A stretch of DNA of 64,000 nucleotides from Mobula hypostoma (Eukaryota). This document shows, one piece after another, positions 48,835 through 61,034 of this stretch (the first letter of the stretch is position 1; each line of letters begins with the position of its first letter). The notes below the pieces were generated by a model. The model was not told where the DNA came from. It searched no databases and saw only the letters and a list, made by a program, of their open reading frames with translations. A program made the position numbers and the translations under genes. The stretch is from assembly GCF_963921235.1 (NCBI RefSeq), contig NC_086097.1, positions 30,258,001 to 30,322,000 on the forward strand. Reading direction: 5' to 3'.

Positions 48835-51790
48835 ATGGAGATTGAGGAATTTATAAAGGCGCCGACCTTGGAGGCATTAGAGGATGCCAGGAAATCAGAA
48901 TTGTTAGCTGTGGCCAAACGGTTGAATCTTGTTAAGGGGAAGTCGACAATGAGGAGAGAAGAGATACACAGAGCTATCATAGAGCACTATGTATCTAAAG
49001 GTGTGTTTCCCCAAGGGGAGCTGGAGGTGGAGTCTATTGAAAAACCTGCTGGAGACACGGTACAGGTACAGCTTGAAAAACAGACTTGAGCACGAGTTCC
49101 GGGTACGGCAGTTAGAACACGAAGAGAAGCAGTTAGAAAGGCAGGAGAGAGAGAAACAGTTAGAAAGGCAGGAGAGAGAGAGACAGTTGGAGCGAGAAGA
49201 GAAAGAGAGGCAATGGGAGCGAGAAGAGAGAGAGAGGCAGAGGGAAAGGGAATTTGAGCTGGAGAAGTTAAAGATAAGGGCAGAGCAGGGGCCCGTGCCA
49301 AACCAAGGTGGAGGGTTCCGGGCGACCCAGGAGGTTAGGCTGGTTCCCCTATTTGACGATACCGACATGGATCGGTACTTTCTCCATTTCGAAAAAGTTG
49401 CTACAAGTCAGGACTGGCCGAGGGATAAGTGGGCTGTGTTACTTCAGAGTGTACTGAAAGGGAAAGCCCAACAAGCTTACTCAGCCTTGTCCGCGGAAGA
49501 TGCCCAGAGGTATGAGGTGGTGAAAGAGGCCATCCTCAGGATTTATGAGTTGGTCCCGGAGGCATACCGGCAGAGGTTCCGGAATGCGAGGAAGCAGTGG
49601 GACCGCACGTATTTAGAGTTTGCCCGTGAGATACAGACATATTGTGAGCGTTGGTGCGCCTCGAAGGGGGTAGATGGGGATTATGACAGACTGCTACAGC
49701 TGATCCTGATTGAGCAGTTTAAAGGTTGTGTCCCTGAGGGTATGAGACCCTACCTAGATGAGAGAGGCAGCCACGTTAGCCGCAACTGCTAAGTTAGCGG
49801 ATGAGTACGCGTTGACGCATAAAATGAAGTTTTCCCCGAGTAAAGGCTACCAGAAGAGTAGTCAGGACGGCGGGGAGAGTCCGCCAGAAAAGTCAGAAAG
49901 TAAGCTGGGGACTAGTGAGAAGGATAAGGTAGACCGGGAGCAGTCTGGTAGAAAGTCTCCTGGGGTCGTCTGTTATAATTGTGGGAAAGCCGGACACTTT
50001 GCGTCCAGGTACTTTGCCCCAAAGAAGGAGACGGGAAAAGGAAAAACGGCGATTTTGACTGGCTGTATCGAGCTGGTAAACGAACCACTAGGACAGGACA
50101 GGTCTGCCAAAGTTCAGGAAGGGCGCGAGAGGTTTATCTCGGCCGGATTGGTGTCAGTGAAGGAGGGGTTAAAACCAGTTCCAGTGCGAATCTGGAGAGA
50201 CATGGGAGCGTGTCAGTCACTGATACTGAAGAGTGTATTAGAGTTTAGCTCAGAGACCCAGTCTGGGGAGGTCAAGGTCAAAGGTATTGGGGAAGGGACA
50301 GAGGCAGTCCCTTTGTACCAGATACACCTACAAAGCAACTTGGTCTCTGGACTAGTCACGATCGGAGTGAGGTCCGAATTACCAATGAAAGGCATGGAAG
50401 TCTTGCTCGGTAATGACCTCGCCGGGGGAATCGTGTTCCCAGCCGTGAGATTAACAGGTCAGCCTGCCAGCATTGAGGCCCCGCCCATGGACTCACAGGT
50501 TCATCCCGGGACTGCCGAAGTAAATTTAGCTGAGATGTACCAGGAGGAGGTAGAAAGTGAAAAGAAGGAGTGTAGTGAAACAAGAGGTAGTGAGGGAGCT
50601 GAGACAGACTTAGCATTAGCCAGGAAGGAATTTGTGCAGGCGCAGGAGCGAGACGAGGGGCTGATGGTTTTGGCGGAGACAGCTCTCTCTGACGCAGAAT
50701 TAAGAAGGGAGCCAGGAGGCTATTGTGTGGAGGAGGAAGTGCTAAGGAAGAAAGGGGGACCAAGTACCGTACCCGCAGATGAGAAATGGGGGGTGGTGCA
50801 AAACAGTTATGGGGATGAGATTTTTAACCTGGCCCACATGGTACCCCTCGGTGGACATTTTGAGGTGCTGGAGGAAACAGTTGGTGGAATCATGAAAGAG
50901 GTTTACTGGCTGCACAGGAGGAAGGATGTTATTGATTATGGCAGATGCGAACTGAGACGGTCACAGGCTTTTGATACGCTAACAAACCTAGTCGGTGTTA
51001 GCGCGGAAATCAATGAAGCTAGGGTCCCCCTGATAAGAAAAATGAACCATTTTGAAAAGATGAGTATGGTATCGACCAGATGGGAGAAGGCTATTGGTTT
51101 GGCCAGCTCTGCTGATAAGGTCTCTCCCTTAATCCCCGAACAAAGCGACTCTTTAGGAGAAGTAATTAAACAACTCGCACACGTGTGTTTGATTGTCCCG
51201 AGGCGATGCAAAGAACTGGGACGTTGGGTGGTGTTTGTTACGCTAGGTCAGCTTAGTGAGCAACAGCCCTATAGAATGAGTGATTCAGTGACGAAAGGGC
51301 TGACGAACACAGAAGTGTGTATTGGCGATGTGATACGGCTGTCTGAAGCCAGCTTGATAGTGAACCTTGAAAAAAATGAGTTCGGCCACACGAAGGTCAC
51401 TTATCTGGGAATTGTGGTGACTCAGGGGCAGCTGGCAGCGATGCAAGCTAAAGTGCGGGCTATCTCTGACATCCCAACCCCGACAGACAAGAGGGCCCTC
51501 AGAAGGCTCTTGGAGATGGTGGGGTACTGTAGGAAGTTTTGCAATAACTCTGCGGTCACTACCCCACCCCCTCCTACTAAGCCCTTGCGAGAGAAAACTA
51601 AATCGGAACGGGACGACCCTTGTTATTGTGGTCCAGGACGAAACCCAATGAGCGGTTACATTGATCGCAATTCATCAGTGTTTTCGGCCACTATGAAGCT
51701 TGCTAAATTGGAGCCTGGGTTAAGGGATTATTAGTAACACATATAAAAGGAACAGAAAATGTGATGGCTGACTGTCTGTCAGGTGTTGAC
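48835..51790 (+). pseudogene. Gag-pol remnant: coiled coil, SCAN-like capsid, zinc knuckle, protease, integrase N-terminus, RT and RNase H scraps; two frameshifts in gag
   Basis: PEAYRQRFR...LIEQF, CYNCGKAGH, RDMGA, AH...GGH...YW and LEKNEF...VTYLG motifs. Confidence 0.85.
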
Positions 51791-51908
51791 AACTTCAAAC
51801 TCGCTGTATTAGCCAAATAGCTGATAAAGATGTATATTTGTGTGTATCAAATAATGTATTCATGTTTGTAATTTTTACCCCCCGGTAAAAATCCTTAAAG
51901 GTGAGGGG

Positions 51909-52718
51909 TGTGACGAGAGTACACATAGACTAAGATGTTAACTGTCCTGTGCTGGCACCAGTGGGATCAGCAGTTGGTCTGCCACCTGTCTTCAGGAGAG
52001 AGAGAGATAAGGAAAACAATGGAGCAGCATTTGGAGATGTTAATTAAGGGACGGAAGGAGAGCTGTCAAGATCGGCCCCCCTTTGAACCCTGAACAGTTT
52101 GAAGTGATGGACAGGCGATACCCCAGCAGGGGGATAAAAAGGGACAGGTTCACTAAGGCAAGACACACACGACACCACGAGGTAACGGGACCCTGGAAGC
52201 GGTGCGTCTCCCACAAGTCGGTGTGTGTCCGCCTTTGCCTGGGTGCCAGGTTTCACCGCAGAGAAACGATCGTATTAGGAAACGGAGGGGTCACAGTCGG
52301 TGACCTCAGAAGACATCACAAAGGGCTCGCCCGAAAGCTGACTGCGAAGAATATCGAAGGTCTGTGTGGAAGCCGTTTGAATATTCATTCGTTTTGCTCT
52401 CTCTCTCCTTCCCCCCACTGTCCATCTCCCACGGCAGTGATTACTGTGAACTGAACTGAACTCAATTGAACTGAACTTTGCGTCACTTTGAAACTGGTCA
52501 TTTACCCCTAGACGACAATAGAGCTTGATTGATCCTGTTATCCTAATTCTGTGTACATGTGTGTTTATCATTGCTGAACTGTTGCATTTATTATCCTTTT
52601 GATTAGAGTACTGTGTTGCTTGTTTCTTTAATAAAACTTTCTTAGTTCTAGTAGTCCAGACTCCAGCTGAGTGATCCATTTCTGCTGGTTTGGCAACCCA
52701 GTTACGGAGTACGTAACA
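51909..52718 (+). repeat. 3' LTR of Gypsy element 2
   Basis: Copy of the 5' LTR with an internal deletion of about 80 bp. Confidence 0.95.
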
Positions 52719-52989
52719 CAGTGAACTGTGCACATGTTCTCCTCGGTCCCTCTGTTCTGTTACATTGCCAAGGCATGCAAGGAGATTCGTATGCTGGTCA
52801 GTGTGGACATGATGGGCCAAAGGGCCTCTTTTTGTAGTGCATGACCTGAATCAGGTTTATTCTTACTGACATATATTGTAAAATTCGTTTTCTGCAGCAG
52901 CAGTTCACAATAGTTACAATAAATTACAATGAGTTAAATAGATACTGAAGTTTTATGTGGTTTAATGAACCTAGATCAGCCCAGCCTCA

Positions 52990-54150
52990 ATGATACAAGA
53001 ACCTGAAACCCTGTCCCCTATACCATTCCTCAGCCACTCAGTCATACGGTCTGTCTTTCTATTTCTGCCGTGACGAACACATGGCACTGGGAGTAATCCA
53101 GAGAGCAGTACTTTGAGGTCCTGCTCTTCAGCCGCTGTCCTAACTCACTCTCCGTTTCTGTGCCATTGGTGCCAACGTGCACCATGCCCCCCTGGCTGCT
53201 CCCCTTCCCCCTTGAGAATGTTCTGCAGCCATTCTGTGGCATCCTCAACCCTGGCAGCCAGGCATCTGGCATCTCTTTCCACAGAATCAGCCGTCCACTT
53301 CGGCAGCCACTGAGTCGCCTGTCACTATCGTTCCAGTAGACTTTACCTTTCCCTGTTGAACCTCAGAGTGAGCGACGGTGCCACTGACCTGTGCCCTAAT
53401 AAACCCCAACACCCCCCCCCAGCAATATCCAAAGAGCTAGACTTGCTACTGAGTGGACTAGCCATAGAGGAATCCCACATTGATTGCCCTCCTTCTCCTA
53501 GTGGGCACCCATAAGACCATAAGACATAGGGACAGAATTAGGCCATTCAGCCCATCGAGTCTGCTCTGACGTTCCATCATGGCTGATCCTGGATCCCACT
53601 CAACCCCACACACCTTCCTTCTCACCATATCCTTTGATGCCCTGACCAATCAGGAAATGATCAACTTCCGCCTTAAAGATACTCACGGACTAGGCCTCCA
53701 CCGCAGTCTGTGGCAGAGCATTCCACAGATTTACTACTCTCTGGCTCAAAAAAAATTCCTCCTTACCTCTGTTCTAAAGGATCACCCCTCAATTTTGCGG
53801 CTGTGTCCTGTAGTTCTGGATATCCCCCACCACAAGAAACCTCCTCTCCACATCCACCCTATCTAGTCCTTTCAACACCCGGTAGGTTTCAATGAGATCC
53901 CCCATATTCTTCTAAGATCCAGTGTGTACAGGCCCAAAGCCGCCAAACACACCTCATAGGTAAACCCCTTCACTCCCGGAATCACCCATCTACCTGAAGC
54001 CTGATCGTTAGGTGTGACCACATCTGGAGGCTCATCTCTGTAGCCCCCAGCTTCCCAGGTGACCCCTGAGCACATCCAGCTCCAGCTCTTTGTTCTGGTG
54101 TGTCAGGAGCTGGACTTCCCACGGATGGTCAGTGCACCCAGCTCTATCTC
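52990..54150 (-). mobile_element. CR1 ORF1 esterase remnant with a nested CR1 3' fragment (about 53510-53990)
   Basis: LPG...VHVGTN motif; similar to 29080-30430. Confidence 0.65.
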
Positions 54151-55009
54151 CTGAAAGATCAGGTTAGGTCAACTCTGGTGACTCCCATTGGTTGGGGTTA
54201 ACCATGGATGTTTGTATCCTATCTCAGTAGGCGAGCCAAGGCAGTACGATGTGGAGAGCGAGCTGTTGCCCATATAGCAGGCTCCCCCTCTCCATGTAGC
54301 TGATGAATCTAATGGCAGAGATCGATACAAATTGATACCAGCAGCATCGCGGGAAGTGTGTGCGTGGAACATGCTGCTAAGGGTGGTGGTAGACGCAGAT
54401 ACATTGGGGGTATCTTAGATAAGCATTGAGTGATAGAAAAATAGAGGGGGAGGGAAGGGTTAGATTGATCTCAGATTAGATTAAACGCTCAGTACAACAT
54501 AGGGCAAAGGGTCTGTACCGTGCTGCACTGTTCTATGCAGTCATCAGGGAGATTGTGAGGTTCCCTGATTTCCCACATATTGCAGGAGGAGCATTCTGTG
54601 GCGCTGACTAACACCCAACCTACACCGATTCAATTCAGTTTCAGGTCAAGATGGCACCGAGTTGCATTCTCTTTCCAGGTCACGGCTCAGAACTAGTTGT
54701 TTCATCTTTTAAGCTCATAGGGCATGCTGTTTGCACTAGAATGTGCGGCAATACTTGTGAGTTTCCTCTCGCACATCCTCAGGTTGTTAACACATTGCAC
54801 CGACTGTTAACATGCACATGTGTTAAATAAATCTGAATCTCAGGGACTAATGAGTTACAGACAACAAAAATAGAACCTCGCCTGTGTCTTCTCTTAAAAA
54901 GTTATTCTCACTCGCACACCCGGGCTACAAACTCCACCTCTCCGCACCAAACCCTCAGTTCTCCTCTCTAACACAAGCTCACTGTTGCAATAATCACTCT
55001 TACCCCTTC

Positions 55010-55425
55010 CCTTCTCACTTGCCCATCACCTCCCTCCAGTGCCCCCTCTCCCCTCCTATCACATTCCTTCTTCAGCTCTTTACCTCATCCATCTATCACC
55101 TCCCGGCTTCCCACCTCATCCCCCCTCACCTGCAGCATACCTAAATACTTCTATGGAAGTGGTAATCATGGATAAATGTTCACTTTTCAAATGGCTTGAC
55201 TTTAAAATTAGTTTTAAACGTGACCTGCTAGTTTGTATTCCTTCCCCTCCCCTCAGCTTCCTATTCTGGCTTTTTCCCCCCATCCCTTTCAATCATGATG
55301 AAGGGTCTCAGTCCAAAACGTCAACTGTTCATTCCTCTCCACAGACGCTGCCTGTTTGTTGAGTTCCTCCAGCATCCTACGTGCGTTGCTCTGAATTTCC
55401 AGCACCTGCTCAACCTCCTTGTTTC
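55010..55425 (+). mobile_element. Degraded Penelope-like terminus
   Basis: tgatgaagggtctcagtccaaaacgtc...gagttcctccagcat; a further copy at 55921-56015. Confidence 0.6.
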
Positions 55426-57296
55426 CAAGATGGCTAACCCCCCTGACCCTAACATTTTATTGCCTGCTGTCAATTAGCTAATTAGCCAATCTATTGTCAA
55501 TTAACAATTTACAAGTGTGCCTCCATTGGGGTCCTGATAAGTTGAAAATGACCAGCAAGTCCTGAGACTGATCTGTTTTAAACTCCTGTGTCTCCCGTGC
55601 CCAGTCCCAGCTCCCAATAAATGGAAGAATACAGTGCAATTCAGGCCACTGGGCCTACAATGAGATGTAAAGGGAAAACTCTTCACCTAGAGGATGGTGG
55701 CTATATGGAATGAGCTGCCAGAGGAAGTGGTAGAGGTGGGCACATTGACACCATTTAAAAGACACTGGGACACATACATAGATAGGAAAGATTTTGAAGG
55801 ATATGGGCCAGAATCAGGTTTATTATCATCATCTTATAGGATGTGAAATTTGTTGTGTCCCAGTTGCAAATACTATAAGTTTCAAACTAAATAAATAGTA
55901 CAAAAATGGGAATAATGAGATGCTGATGAAGGGTCTCGGCCCAAAACACTGACTGTCTATTCTCCACAGATGCGGCCTGTTCTGTTGAGTTCCTCCAGCA
56001 TTTTGTGTGTGTTGTATAGTGATGTAGTACTCACTGGTTCACTGATCATTCAGAAACCTGGTACTGTGGGGAAGAAGCTGTTTCTGGATTATTGAGTGTG
56101 GGTCGTTAGGCAAATGGGACTAGCCTGGGCGGGCATCTTGGGCAAATTGGGCGAGTGGGTATCTTGGTTGGTGTGGACAGGTTGGGCAAAGGCTTGTTTG
56201 CTTTAGCCAGGGATTGATGAGAGTCCAAACTGCAACTGAAAGTATGAGGTGAATGCCAGAGGGAAGTTTGTAAGACAGGGAGTGGTAAGTGTGTGGAACA
56301 GCCTGCCAGGAGTGGTGGTAGAGCTAGATACATTAGGGGCATTTAAAGAGACTCTTAGAAAGGCAATTGGATAGTAGAAAAAATGGAGGGCTATGTGGGA
56401 GGGAAGGGTTAGATTGATATCGGAGCAGATTAAAAAGTCAGCACAACATGAGCCAAAGGGCCTACTGTGCTGTACTGCTCTATGTTCTACGTTCTAAATC
56501 ACCACAGACAACACTTGCTGCTCCATTATACAGCTAGAGAACTCTCCAGCTTAATTGTTATAGAGCACGGATACAGGCCCTTCAGCCCAACATGTTCCTG
56601 CTGACTCTGTCAGCTGGCAATCTGGTCCCATCCACTCACGTCTGGCCCAGGGCCCTCTAAAGCTCTCCTATCCATGTGCCTATCTGGATGGCTTTTAAAT
56701 GTTGATAATGTGCCCACCCCGACCACTATTTCTGGCACCTCGTAAATCTGCATCACCATTTGGATGAAGTTGCTACCGGTGTCCCTTTTAAATCTCCTGT
56801 GTGATCGGGCTCCAGACTAGCGTGTGATTCAGCATAAGTGCTCACCTGTCATGAAACTAGGTCTGTGGTTTGCCCAGGCACGCACAGACAGAACTGACAC
56901 ATTCATACAACTAGCTGTGGAAATTCCAACCATGTCTTTCAGTTCTCTGAATCAAAGCTAAATTCCCCCCGCCCCACCACCCCCTCAGCATGGCCGAGTG
57001 ATCACTGCAGTGTGAGTCCGTGTGTGAAAGAACACTAGAGATGTTGGAGGAACTTAGGCAGACGGACAACACCTGTGGAAGGGAAAAACAGAGAACGTTT
57101 CGGCTGAAAGACCCAAAGTACAAATCCATAACTCCTTGGAAGTGGTATCACAGATGGATAGGGTGGTAAAGAGAGCTTTTGGCACATTGGTCTTCATAAA
57201 TCAGAGCATGAAGGCTCTCAGCCCAAAACATTGACTTTTTATTCTTTTCAATTGATGCTACCTGATCTGCTGAGCACCATCTGTGGAAAGGAATAG

Positions 57297-57450
57297 AGTC
57301 AATCTCGCAATGACAGGGTCACACCATCACAGGGTCAGTCTCACAGTGAAGGGTCACAACATCCAGGGGTAAGTTTCACGGTGACAGAGTCGCAACATTG
57401 AGGGGTTAATCTCACAATGACAGGTCACACCATCGAGAGGTCAGTCACGC
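57297..57450. repeat. Degenerate tandem repeat of about 36 bp, about 4 copies
   Basis: tctcacaatgacagggtcacaccatc recurs at about 36-bp spacing. Confidence 0.7.
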
Positions 57451-57724
57451 CATCAAGGGTCGCACTGTCTGAAGTTAGTTTGAAGTTCAGACACAGCCAG
57501 CTCATTTACATCTTTGATAGGTCAGTGGCTCCTGATTGGTGGAAGGGCCCAGCCCCACTGATGACATCACCACTCTCCCATGGCATCATTGATAATACAA
57601 AACCAAGAGGAAGGAATTAACAGTGTAGTGAGAGGCCTTTGGATCCTGAAGGCAGTCTGAAACCGAGCCACCTACTTCCCACCTTCTGTCTGGATCCATA
57701 CATTTTCCACTTAAGGTCCCTGAG

Positions 57725-58190
57725 GTCACCCAATCACAGCCCCTCAAAGATCTCCAAGCAGATTCCCTGAGAAATTATCCAATCGAAGTTCCTGATAGGT
57801 CATCCTATCACAATCCCTGAGAACATGTCCAATCACAGACCCTGAGAGTCTGTCAAATCACATTTCTTGAGAGATTGCCCAGTCATGTTCCTGGAGATAT
57901 CAATCAACCACATTCCTTGAGAAATTATCCAGTTGTATTCCTTGGGATGTGAAACATCCACATTACTTGAGAGATCATTCAATAACAGTCCATAGGAAAT
58001 ATTTCAGTGACATTCCTGAAGAGATCATTGAATCACAATCCCTGTGAGACTGTGCAATCACATTTCCAATGGTGAATTGGTCCAATCAAAGTTGCCAAGG
58101 AATGATCCAATCACAGTCCATGAAAGGTGATCCAATCACAATCTCTGAGAGATGATGCAATCACAATGCTGGATGATGATCTAATCATAA
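57725..58190. repeat. Degenerate tandem array of about 25 bp carrying CCAATCAC
   Basis: Approximate consensus ccaatcacattccctgagagatcat. Confidence 0.75.
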
Positions 58191-58426
58191 CCTGACAGAT
58201 CATCTCAATAGATCCCAATCTTCCCACTGCTTTGATTCTCGCTGATATAGCATATGATCACAATATTTACTAACACTCTTCCAATATTCACCTCAAATTA
58301 CTGTATGTCAGTTCACTTGATCAAACAGATATCAGCAACATTTGTGTTTGCACAATTGCTGATGATTATCAGAGCTGGTAAAGCTTATACAGAAGATTAA
58401 GCAATTTTAGGCAGGGACAGCATAGG

Positions 58427-59515
58427 TCAGACTCTGAGTGAAGCTCCCTCTACACTGTCCCATCACACACTCCCACTGTCAGGCACTGAGTGAAACTCCC
58501 TCTACACCGTCCCATCACACACTCCCACTGTCAGACACTGAGTGAAGCTCCCTCTACACTGTCCCATCACACACTCCCACTGTCAGACTCTGAGTGAAGC
58601 TCCCTCTACACCGTCCCATCACACACTCCCACTGTCAGGCACTGAGTGAAACTCCCTCTACACCGTCCCATCACACACTCCCACTGTCAGACACTGAGTG
58701 AAACTCCCTCTACACTGTCCTATCTCATATTCCCATTGTCAGACACTGAGTGAAGCTCCCTCTACACTGTCCCATCACACACTCCCACTGTCAGACTCTG
58801 AGTGAAGCTCCCTCTACACCGTCCCATCACACACTCCCACTGTCAGACTCTGAGTGAAGCTCCCTCTACACCGTCCCATCACACACTCCCACTGTCAGAC
58901 ACTGAGTGAAACTCCCTCTACACCGTCCCATCACACACTCCCACTGTCAGACACTGAGTGAAACTCCCTCTACACCGTCCCATCACACACTCCCACTGTC
59001 AGACTCTGAGTGAAGCTCCCTCTACACCGTCCCATCACACACTCCCACTGTCAGGCACTGAGTGAAACTCCCTCTACACCGTCCCATCACACACTCCCAC
59101 TGTCAGACACTGAGTGAAACTCCCTCTACACTGTCCTATCTCATATTCCCATTGTCAGACACTGAGTGAAGCTCCCTCTACACTGTCCCATCACACACTC
59201 CCACTGTCAGACTCTGAGTGAAGCTCCCTCTACACCGTCCCATCACACACTCCCACTGTCAGACTCTGAGTGAAGCTCCCTCTACACCGTCCCATCACAC
59301 ACTCCCACTGTCAGACACTGAGTGAAACTCCCTCTACACCGTCCCATCACACACTCCCACTGTCAGACTCTGAGTGAAACTCCCTCTACACTGTCCTATC
59401 TCATATTCCCATTGTCAGACACTGAGTGAAGCTCCCTCTACACTGTCCCATCACACACTCCTGGGGTCCGACACAGAGTGAAGCTCCCTCTACACCATCC
59501 CCTCACACACTCCCA
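58427..59515. repeat. 52-bp minisatellite, about 21 copies
   Basis: Unit tcagacactgagtgaa(a/g)ctccctctacac(c/t)gtcccatcacacactcccactg. Confidence 0.97.
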
Positions 59516-59855
59516 GGGTAAGGTCAGTACAGTTGGATGCTGCCCCAATCTCTCCTGATGACATACTCCCACCCCACCCTCCCCCACCTTCCTGCTTGGG
59601 AACCCAGTTTCCAGCAAGGATAACTGTCTCCTGGAGGTGTGCCCGTGCCTGCTGCCCTTCCATTCTCAGGCCAGATCTTGGCATGTACCATGTCTCTGCC
59701 GGACCTTGGGACGCCTGGCGATTGAAATCTCTGCGGAAATCTTCCCTGGCATCTGGCATTCTCCGGTCCGCCCGCCTCGAGCACAAAAAGCCGGTCCAGC
59801 TGAGACGCAGGTGGAGTCCACCAATGTTCCACGTGCCTGAGGACCCCTGGGCTGT

Positions 59856-60890
59856 TCATTGCAAGCTGGTCATCTCCTCCCTCCGACAGGAGGACACCCG
59901 GGAGCCTGGGCCATTCCTGAAGGTGTAGCTGTCAGTTGCACTTTCCTGCGGGACGGGAAGGCAGAGGAGGATGCGGAGGTCCCGTTTCAGCTCCTGCCTC
60001 ACACTCTCAGAGGAGAACATATAGAGGAAGGGGTTGATGGCGCTGTTGACCGTGCAGAGGCAGAGGAACGCCGTGGATGCCGTGTATATTTTCTGCTCAA
60101 ATTCGCAGCTGTTGTCGAGGATGGAGTATGCCACGGCCCGACTCAGGAGGATAACGTGGTAGGGGGTGAAGCAGATGAGGAAGATCAGGATCACGGCCAC
60201 GGCGAGGTACTTCACCTTGGCTTTCTGAGACGGGTTGAGGCAGGGGCTGGACTGGATGCGGCGGAAGATGAGGAAGTTGCTGCAGGCCAAGATACAGAGG
60301 GGGACACAGAACCCCACGCAAAAGCGGGCATAATTAAACTTCGCCACCAAGGGTGGCATCGGAAATGTCTCGAAGCAGGAGTCATTCTTCTTCTCGGTAC
60401 TCTGCACACCGGACAGAATGAAGACCGGGGTGTGGATGACCATAACCATCATCCAAACGGCGAGACAGACAACCACGGCCGTCTGCCGGCGCCGGCGCCA
60501 CTGGGCCTCGATGGGGTAGAGAACCACGAGGCAGCGGTCCACGGAAATGCAGCAGAGTAGGAGGATGCTGATGTAGAGGTTGTTGAAGAATATGTAGCCA
60601 GTGATCTTGCAGGATAACGGGCTCTGGTTCCACTTGTTCGCGCTCTGGACGTAGGTGATCCAATTCGGGATGGTGCACAGGTAAGCCAGGTCCGAGAGCG
60701 AGAGGGTGAAGAGGTACACAGAGAGAACGTTCTTCCGTCGGATCTTCAGCGTGCTTAGGATCAGGGTCAGCAGGTTGGCTGGGAAGCCAAAGACCATTAC
60801 CAGGCCGTAGACGGTGGTGAGAGGGATAGTGGAACGGCTGTAGGTGATGTTGCAGGGCCCCTGCAGCCCAGTCTCGTTGGTGTTGCTCAT
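59856..60890 (-). CDS. GPR132: Class A GPCR, G2A/GPR132-like (proton-sensing receptor family), 344 aa
   Basis: Seven hydrophobic segments; PAN, ISILLLCCISVDRC, YARFCVGF, QKAKVK, CFTPYH, YTAS..FLCL.TVN and NPFLY match G2A; gccATG Kozak context; splice acceptor 30 nt upstream. Orthologue versus paralogue is not resolved. Confidence 0.88.
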   Translation of the reverse strand: MSNTNETGLQGPCNITYSRSTIPLTTVYGLVMVFGFPANLLTLILSTLKIRRKNVLSVYLFTLSLSDLAYLCTIPNWITYVQSANKWNQSPLSCKITGYIFFNNLYISILLLCCISVDRCLVVLYPIEAQWRRRRQTAVVVCLAVWMMVMVIHTPVFILSGVQSTEKKNDSCFETFPMPPLVAKFNYARFCVGFCVPLCILACSNFLIFRRIQSSPCLNPSQKAKVKYLAVAVILIFLICFTPYHVILLSRAVAYSILDNSCEFEQKIYTASTAFLCLCTVNSAINPFLYMFSSESVRQELKRDLRILLCLPVPQESATDSYTFRNGPGSRVSSCRREEMTSLQ

Positions 60891-60920
60891 GGCAACAGGA
60901 TCCCCGTCAGCAAACAGAAC

Positions 60921-60950
60921 CTGGAAGAAGAGGAAGATGGGGAGGGGGGG
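60921..60950 (-). other. Splice acceptor of the GPCR coding exon
   Basis: cccccctccccatcttcctcttcttccag|gtt. Confidence 0.8.
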
Positions 60951-61034
60951 TGAAAAAGGGCAGAGGGCATGTTCCTTCTCAACACTGACCCCAAACCTTG
61001 CTCCACCACCCACCAAATATCCCCATTGTCACAT

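Larger units (their letters stand above)
47844..52718 (+). mobile_element. Gmr1-like Gypsy LTR retrotransposon, internally deleted
   Basis: TG...CA LTRs, CAGT TSD at 47840-47843 and 52719-52722, PBS, polypurine tract, SCAN-type gag. Confidence 0.95.

Noticed and set aside
48989..49792. Domesticated SCAN-domain host gene
   Set aside because: It lies between paired LTRs with PBS, PPT and TSD and is frameshifted, so it is retrotransposon gag
58427..59515. CRISPR-like regular array
   Set aside because: Head-to-tail units with no unique spacers, no cas genes, and a eukaryotic context
59859..60560. 233-aa ORF on the plus strand
   Set aside because: Antisense shadow of the GC-rich GPCR coding sequence
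60891..61016. N-terminal extension of the GPCR ORF in the ORF track
   Set aside because: It crosses a strong polypyrimidine tract and AG acceptor, so upstream of 60920 it is intronic
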